Assembly: GCA_951406725.2 (NCBI GenBank)
Contig: OX597832.1
Span: 1,302,001-1,366,000 of the forward strand
DNA: 64,000 bases
DNA from: Octopus vulgaris
Lineage: Eukaryota
Reading direction: 5' to 3'
Both the position numbers and the translations under genes were made by a program. Positions within the stretch are counted from its first letter, which is position 1, and every line of letters starts with the position of its first letter. Below the pieces are notes generated by a model. That model was not told where the DNA came from, made no database searches, and was given only the letters and a program-made list of their open reading frames with translations. Below, piece by piece: positions 62,001-64,000 of this stretch.

Positions 62001-63496
62001 GCAACTGCAAGAAATATTGATGTAACCCATAATTTCTTTGTGGATGACCTCAAGATTTATGCAAAAAAATGTTAACAATGCCAAAAAACAACTGGAATCA
62101 ATAACAACATTTTCAGCTGACATAAGAATGGAATTTGGCCTGAAGAAATATTCTTATTTAATTGTTGAATGGCGAAAATCAGTCTCCTGGATACAAAACC
62201 TGTGCATCAATGGTCTCACCTTCTCCTGTCCCATGCAAAGAATGCTACAAGTACCTTGGCATTGATGAAAATATATCATACCAAGGTACTGTGAATAAAA
62301 ATAGAGTGACTCAAGAATATTGCACCAGACTAAGAAAAATATAGCAGATCGAACTCTCTTCTTACAACTAAACAATATCCCATAATGCATTTGTAATGCC
62401 AATGATGATTCTAACATTTGGGATACTTGACTGGTAAAAGAAATCCACTTCATAGACATTAAAACCCACAAGATTCTAACATCAAATGGAAATCAATGTA
62501 AAACTAGTGATATTGACAAGCTCTAACCAAGAAGCAATTAAGGAGGTTTGTGCAGACAAGCTTTGCATACACATACATACATATATGTGTATACATATAC
62601 ATATACTTTTCCTCTAAACTAACATGTTTTAACATCAATTTCATCAATACATGGATAGCCAAGTCTTCTCCAGGACTTTGTGCTACCAACCATCTGAATC
62701 CTTTATCATTTCCTCTCTGAGGTTTGACATCATGAGATTAGTTTTCATCATTTCATTGATATCTTCATGATGTGCTACATCATGTATTTTTAGATCTTCC
62801 AAGTACAAAGAGAAAAATGTAAAAATATTAAGTAAATGAAATTTTAAAAAATATGAAAATACCTTGATTTGTTATACGTATAGCAGATTACTGCCAATCT
62901 GAGGACTTTCTGTCACCAATCATCTTCATGACAGTACTACAAAAATGTATCAAGTAATGTAGATATGGTCTTTCTCTCTTCTTCTCTTTCTGTTTGTCTG
63001 TCAGACAGTTGTCTCTCTCTCTCCATTGCTCCTAGCTATGCATATTAAAGGATTTGAAACTCTGTTGCTGTATTTGAACTATTTTTTTCTGCTTGTATGT
63101 TGTAATGTATATTTTATTCCTTCATTTATAGTTTTTTCACATTGTGGAAATTATAAAAAGTCATACTGCAAGGGGATTGAAATTCCATTTGCCTAGGGTG
63201 CAAGTAAATCCAAGAGCTAACCTTGCTTATAATATAGCTAAAACCCAGCAAAATTATTCACATACCTGTGAAAACAGCAAGTAAAATATTTTCATTGTAT
63301 TTTAAGCCGTATTTTTATGATATTCTTTATATTTTTTGTTTCATACTATTTATTGAAGTACTGGTTTTGATCCCTATACTCGCCATACAGTCATAAACTT
63401 ACTTAGCTCTTCAACACTCAAAGGATTTGGCCTAGTTTTTAATCAATCTTCTATCCAAAGAATCTCGTCTACTCAAACAGAAAGTGATGCAAGAAA
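16222..63496 (+). CDS. SLC5A8-like: Sodium:solute symporter, SLC5A8/SLC5A12/SLC5A5/SLC5A6-like; spliced and 3'-incomplete. join(16222..16365,34562..34753,35137..35205,47173..47224,49143..49210,54682..54762,56364..56434,63359..63496)
   Basis: Eight exons with AG/GT boundaries and compatible phases (0,0,0,1,0,0,2,2) join into one open frame with SSF motifs: LDYSIF..ISLGIGVY, LAISLMVSF.S..MLG.PAEIY..G, ITSVFEYLELRF, GIVLYGPSIALEAV, YTSLGGMKAVVWTDVFQ, FDPYTRHT, NQSSIQR. Exact paralog identity cannot be resolved by eye. Confidence 0.93.
16700..17225 (-). mobile_element. RTE-tail repeat with (GAT)n 3' end and an internal duplication
   Basis: CATCATCAT..TTTAAC..TTTCCATGCTGG family; an internal segment of about 130 bp is repeated (16880-17110). 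Confidence 0.65.
17808..18075 (-). mobile_element. RTE-tail SINE-like repeat with (GAT)n end
   Basis: Matches 37113-37310, 21830-22172 and 52647-52830 (CGTTTAACGTCCGCTTTCCATGCTAGCATGGGTTGGACGG). Confidence 0.7.
18700..19640 (-). mobile_element. Degenerate Naiad-like PLE remnant (GIY-YIG end)
   Basis: WKSRLHHH..LSKCIWDLK..INYGLKW.I..CDLCLEE aligns by eye with the C-terminus of the element at 28271-31226. Confidence 0.65.
20437..23420 (-). mobile_element. Degenerate RLE LINE (R4/Dong-like, same family as 313-1472), interrupted by a SINE at about 21810-22172
   Basis: Nucleotide match to 416-1470; RT remnants RGIFQGDMLSPLL.CLAL, LLYMDDLKLY, WINY.KAFDSISH; TAA arrays at both ends. Confidence 0.85.
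23488..23937 (-). mobile_element. RLE LINE family B, 3' fragment
   Basis: DHEIENRKPDIVLI..IACP.D..K.ERY; same 3' UTR as 23972-24050; followed by (TAA)n. Confidence 0.85.
23972..24902 (-). mobile_element. RLE LINE family B, 3' fragment
   Basis: ORF 24049-24735 with CRICG..ETVWHITSQC, IDIACP and HLQKTALLG; TAA-like spacers on both sides. Confidence 0.88.
24932..25202 (-). mobile_element. RLE LINE family C, extreme 3' fragment
   Basis: Minus strand reads AEIQKIVLMGTAHILHKIF followed by a distinct 3' UTR and (TAA)n. Confidence 0.65.
25219..26690 (-). mobile_element. RLE LINE family A 3' part, interrupted by a tRNA-SINE
   Basis: Matches 313-1472 including the 3' UTR (GCTTTCAC..CAGCTCTGTGTGCCTTGGG); SGLKAE.EGFLIAAQDQSLPT. 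Confidence 0.85.
25302..25612 (+). mobile_element. Young tRNA-derived SINE with poly(A) and an 11-bp TSD
   Basis: A box TGGCCTAGTGG, B box GGTTCGAATC, CpGs retained, A12 tail; TSD GGTTTGTTTTG at 25291-25301 and 25613-25623. Confidence 0.9.
27175..27451. mobile_element. Possible degenerate MITE (CAGTGGCGGA-type TIRs)
   Basis: Left AGTGGAGAACTG versus right-end reverse complement CAGTGGCAGACTG; internal GGGGCCC motifs. Confidence 0.3.
27588..27750 (+). mobile_element. tRNA-derived SINE 5' part
   Basis: TGGCTGTGTAGTAAGAAGCTTGCTTCCC..CACCTTGGGCAAGTG; same family as 41322, 50990, 58435 and the minus-strand copies near 39720-40130 and 55400-55790. Confidence 0.75.
27841..27947 (-). ncRNA. Type I hammerhead ribozyme with a very long stem II, in an inverted PLE terminal repeat
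   Basis: Minus strand: TTCACC-CTGATGA-(about 77 nt AT-rich stem-loop)-GAAA-CAATTG-TA-GGTGAA; perfect 6-bp stem I, palindromic ACAATTGT stem III, GUA site. Confidence 0.75.
28271..31226 (+). mobile_element. Near-full-length Penelope-like element (Naiad-like), RT + GIY-YIG, frameshifted
   Basis: VPANKTGNLY (DK motif region), VRLICPTKSDIG, FDIPMGSSDSAE, GLYRDD, VNFLDIT, CNCRIKSKCPAPGLC (CxCx5Cx5C), VIY..YLG, CQLC..E, LLN; frame breaks at about 29300, 29650 and 30920; stop at 31224-31226. Confidence 0.9.
29153..29466 (+). repeat. 147-bp internal tandem duplication in the PLE RT
   Basis: 29153-29299 vs 29320-29466, 3 substitutions, 20-nt spacer. Confidence 0.9.
32545..32965 (+). mobile_element. 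3' fragment of an RLE non-LTR element (HERO/R2-like)
   Basis: RPDLVLWN..ILLEVTVPWEENI..KRYEKL..GW..AVGARGF. Confidence 0.75.
33129..34052 (+). repeat. 356-bp direct repeat pair around a 212-bp PLE-tail-like spacer
   Basis: 33129-33484 = 33697-34052, no differences seen by eye. Confidence 0.9.
34119..34198. repeat. 80-bp imperfect hairpin
   Basis: 39-bp arms with a 2-nt loop; on the + strand 33 Watson-Crick pairs, 3 G-U pairs and 3 mismatches. Confidence 0.8.
34562..34753 (+). CDS. SLC5-like coding exon 2 (VLPLAISLMVSFESS...ITSVFE)
   Basis: TTTGTAG| acceptor, GAA|GTAAGT donor, 192 nt, phase 0/0. Confidence 0.93.
35137..35205 (+). CDS. SLC5-like coding exon 3 (YLELRFQSKSVRNVGTLLGILSY)
   Basis: TTTTACAG| acceptor, TAT|GTGAGT donor, 69 nt, YLELRF motif. 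Confidence 0.93.
35486..35562 (+). mobile_element. Mariner terminal fragment
   Basis: TACAAGGGGGCACTGAAAAGTTCCTGGCT resembles a mariner TIR. Confidence 0.5.
35563..36995 (+). mobile_element. Degenerate RTE-type LINE 3' half with a minisatellite and (GAT)n tail
   Basis: VGVHQG..LSPLLFII, YA(N)DL, KVNLAKTKVL, a PHD-like Cys/His cluster and W.KF..L; 23-bp repeats at 36660-36830. Confidence 0.8.
36655..36830 (+). repeat. 23-bp minisatellite (TGTGGTGCCACATAAAAGTGCCC-like), about 7-8 units
   Basis: Periodic GGTG(C/T)CA..TAAAAG(T/C)(G/A)CC visible directly. Confidence 0.8.
38400..39470 (+). mobile_element. Very degenerate L1/Tx1-like RT remnant
   Basis: PNRPIQNILHLI..GVLINLD*LKAFNRIDH, followed by GCLLCLL-like motif remnants. 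Confidence 0.45.
40190..40900 (-). mobile_element. Degenerate RLE LINE remnant
   Basis: Minus-strand remnants EYYRRVKLILNTELNSKN.VKAINSLAVP, LYDLTL.HETELTN and KRRPT.. Confidence 0.55.
41569..41630. repeat. Perfect 62-bp palindrome
   Basis: AAGTTTAGAAATAGCAGTCAAAAAATCTTAG|CTAAGATTTTTTGACTGCTATTTCTAAACTT. Confidence 0.95.
41995..42220 (-). mobile_element. tRNA-derived SINE (octopus OK-type)
   Basis: Minus strand GAGCTGGCAGAACCGTTA..GAGTTCAAATTCCGCCGAGGTCGAC..AAGTACCAGT..GGGGTCGATGTAATCGAC; degraded copies at about 39470-39610, 44270-44640 and 51480-51670. Confidence 0.8.
42261..43007 (+). repeat. 136-bp dispersed direct repeat (42261-42396 and 42872-43007)
   Basis: Both read ATGGATAAATACACCTTGG...GATGGACCAACATAAA with a few substitutions. 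Confidence 0.85.
43050..43780 (+). mobile_element. Highly degenerate PLE remnant
   Basis: NYPLKLI..EI, IIPFVNTYNPR and YCITCP remnants. Confidence 0.4.
45240..46560 (+). mobile_element. Degenerate RTE-type LINE 3' part with minisatellite tail
   Basis: YADDLVL, VNLAKTKIL, CLIC..GVG.NSI.C..CKLWTHKKC, KGRLYNACV..MLHGSETW; same family as 35563-36995. Confidence 0.8.
47173..47224 (+). CDS. SLC5-like coding exon 4 (LCYLGIVLYGPSIALEA)
   Basis: TTTTCAG| acceptor, CAG|GTATGT donor, 52 nt, phase 0/1. Confidence 0.92.
49143..49210 (+). CDS. SLC5-like coding exon 5 (VTQFPMWCSIIIVALSSAIYTSL)
   Basis: TTATTACAG| acceptor, CTG|GTAATT donor, 68 nt, phase 1/0. Confidence 0.92.
49230..49760 (-). mobile_element. 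Degenerate Jockey/CR1-like LINE 3' remnant
   Basis: HILSIAR.MSQRL.LLFKARKY.SPQQLL..YK motif on the minus strand. Confidence 0.45.
52647..53585 (-). mobile_element. RTE 3' fragment/SINE with an internal tandem repeat of about 57 bp
   Basis: (GAT)n end; units GCTTTTTAC(A/G)TG(C/T)CACTGGCAC..GCCAGTCAGG..CTGGCA..CACGCT.GAATGGT repeated about 5-6 times at 52805-53130; RTE ORF end at 53340-53585. Confidence 0.75.
54682..54762 (+). CDS. SLC5-like coding exon 6 (GGMKAVVWTDVFQSAIMYSGMVAVFIK)
   Basis: TTTCACAG| acceptor, AAG|GTTTGT donor, 81 nt, SSF signature GGxKAVxWTDxxQ. Confidence 0.95.
56364..56434 (+). CDS. SLC5-like coding exon 7 (GCIVLGGFGRIWNIAKEHNRLYF)
   Basis: TTTTTTTCTCAG| acceptor, GA|GTAAGT donor, 71 nt, phase 0/2. 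Confidence 0.9.
58957..59031. repeat. (GA)n polypurine microsatellite
   Basis: Seen directly. Confidence 0.95.
59310..60175 (-). mobile_element. Degenerate RTE-type LINE fragment
   Basis: KVN.AKTKVLV, RGVGRNPIWCTQYKLWIH and EDMKRL.RNEVSMLQWIC. Confidence 0.75.
60196..60434 (-). mobile_element. Solo tRNA-head/(TAA)n/hammerhead unit (SINE-like PLE terminal repeat)
   Basis: The minus strand starts GGGCATGTGGCGGAGTGGTTAAG (A box), has GAGTTCAATTTC (B box), then TAA repeats and CTGATGA..GAAA at 60285-60240. Confidence 0.85.
60550..61190 (-). mobile_element. CpG-retaining non-coding retroelement-like insertion between (CATA)n arrays
   Basis: More GC-rich than its flanks, sharp boundaries inside one microsatellite, no credible ORF; family and strand are uncertain. 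Confidence 0.4.
61225..61720 (+). mobile_element. RLE LINE 3' fragment
   Basis: CTVVEISCP.D.N..EKENTY..FIPVIIGALG..LQIQSITGTVKICK; contains an 18-bp internal duplication. Confidence 0.75.
61975..62565 (+). mobile_element. Degenerate RLE LINE RT fragment
   Basis: THNFFVDDLKIYA, FSADIRMEFGLKK, YKYLGI.E. Confidence 0.7.
63359..63496 (+). CDS. SLC5-like coding exon 8 (DTGFDPYTRHT...NQSSIQRISSTQTESDAR)
   Basis: AAG| acceptor after a T-rich tract, AA|GTAAGT donor, 138 nt, phase 2/2; FDP..RHT and NQ..IQR motifs. Confidence 0.88.
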
Positions 63497-64000
63497 GTAA
63501 GTATTGAATGATAAGATTGTAAACTTGAGAGTGATAGTAGTTTCTTACACATGTACAAAGCTGCAGATTTTAGTGCATTGTAGGGAAAAGTTGATCAAAC
63601 CATCTCCAGTTTTCAACTGGAATTTATTGATCAAACCCAGAAAAGTGAAAATCACAGTTGATTTGTGTGAAATGTAAATTTATAAGGTAGTAGAACATAA
63701 TGAAATACTCCACATATTTTGGTTAGTCTGCTGTTGATTCTGTCACACTACTGCATTAAAAACACTTATTAATAGCTTAAAATTTGTAATATTTAAGAAA
63801 TTAGAAAGTAGGAGAGAGGAACTCTCGTATTGAGAGGATTTATATTTTGAATAATAAGAGCATAATTAAAGACCAATTTTTTCTTTTTAAGCAACTAGAT
63901 ATATAATTGACTTAAACAGTCTCCAATTACTATTGCATATTTTATCAATTCTAGAGAAGTTCAACAAAGATTTAACTTTGGTAAGACTGGCACTCACAAA

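Overview
AT-rich, microsatellite-dense eukaryotic DNA, most likely an octopod cephalopod (inferred from the SINE, RTE and Penelope repeat repertoire). One host gene spans the window on the + strand: a sodium:solute symporter of the SLC5A5/6/8/12 subfamily. I reconstruct 8 in-frame GT-AG coding exons (16222-63496, 815 nt, 271 codons + 2 nt); the gene continues past the window, and there is a candidate 5' UTR micro-exon at 4611-4629. Most of the rest is nested transposon debris: Penelope-like elements (PLEs) of at least three clades, RLE-type non-LTR elements stacked in (TAA)n, RTE fragments, a Ty3/gypsy element inside a mariner, a non-autonomous Helitron inside a second mariner, and many tRNA-derived SINEs. 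The most interesting signal is a PLE terminal-repeat module made of a tRNA-like Pol III head, (TAA)n and a hammerhead ribozyme. It occurs in the coding PLE and also as free copies that start at the tRNA head, which suggests a PLE-mobilised, ribozyme-bearing SINE. Three further hammerhead variants and several long hairpins were also found. All calls are by eye; repeat boundaries are approximate and clade names come from recalled motifs.
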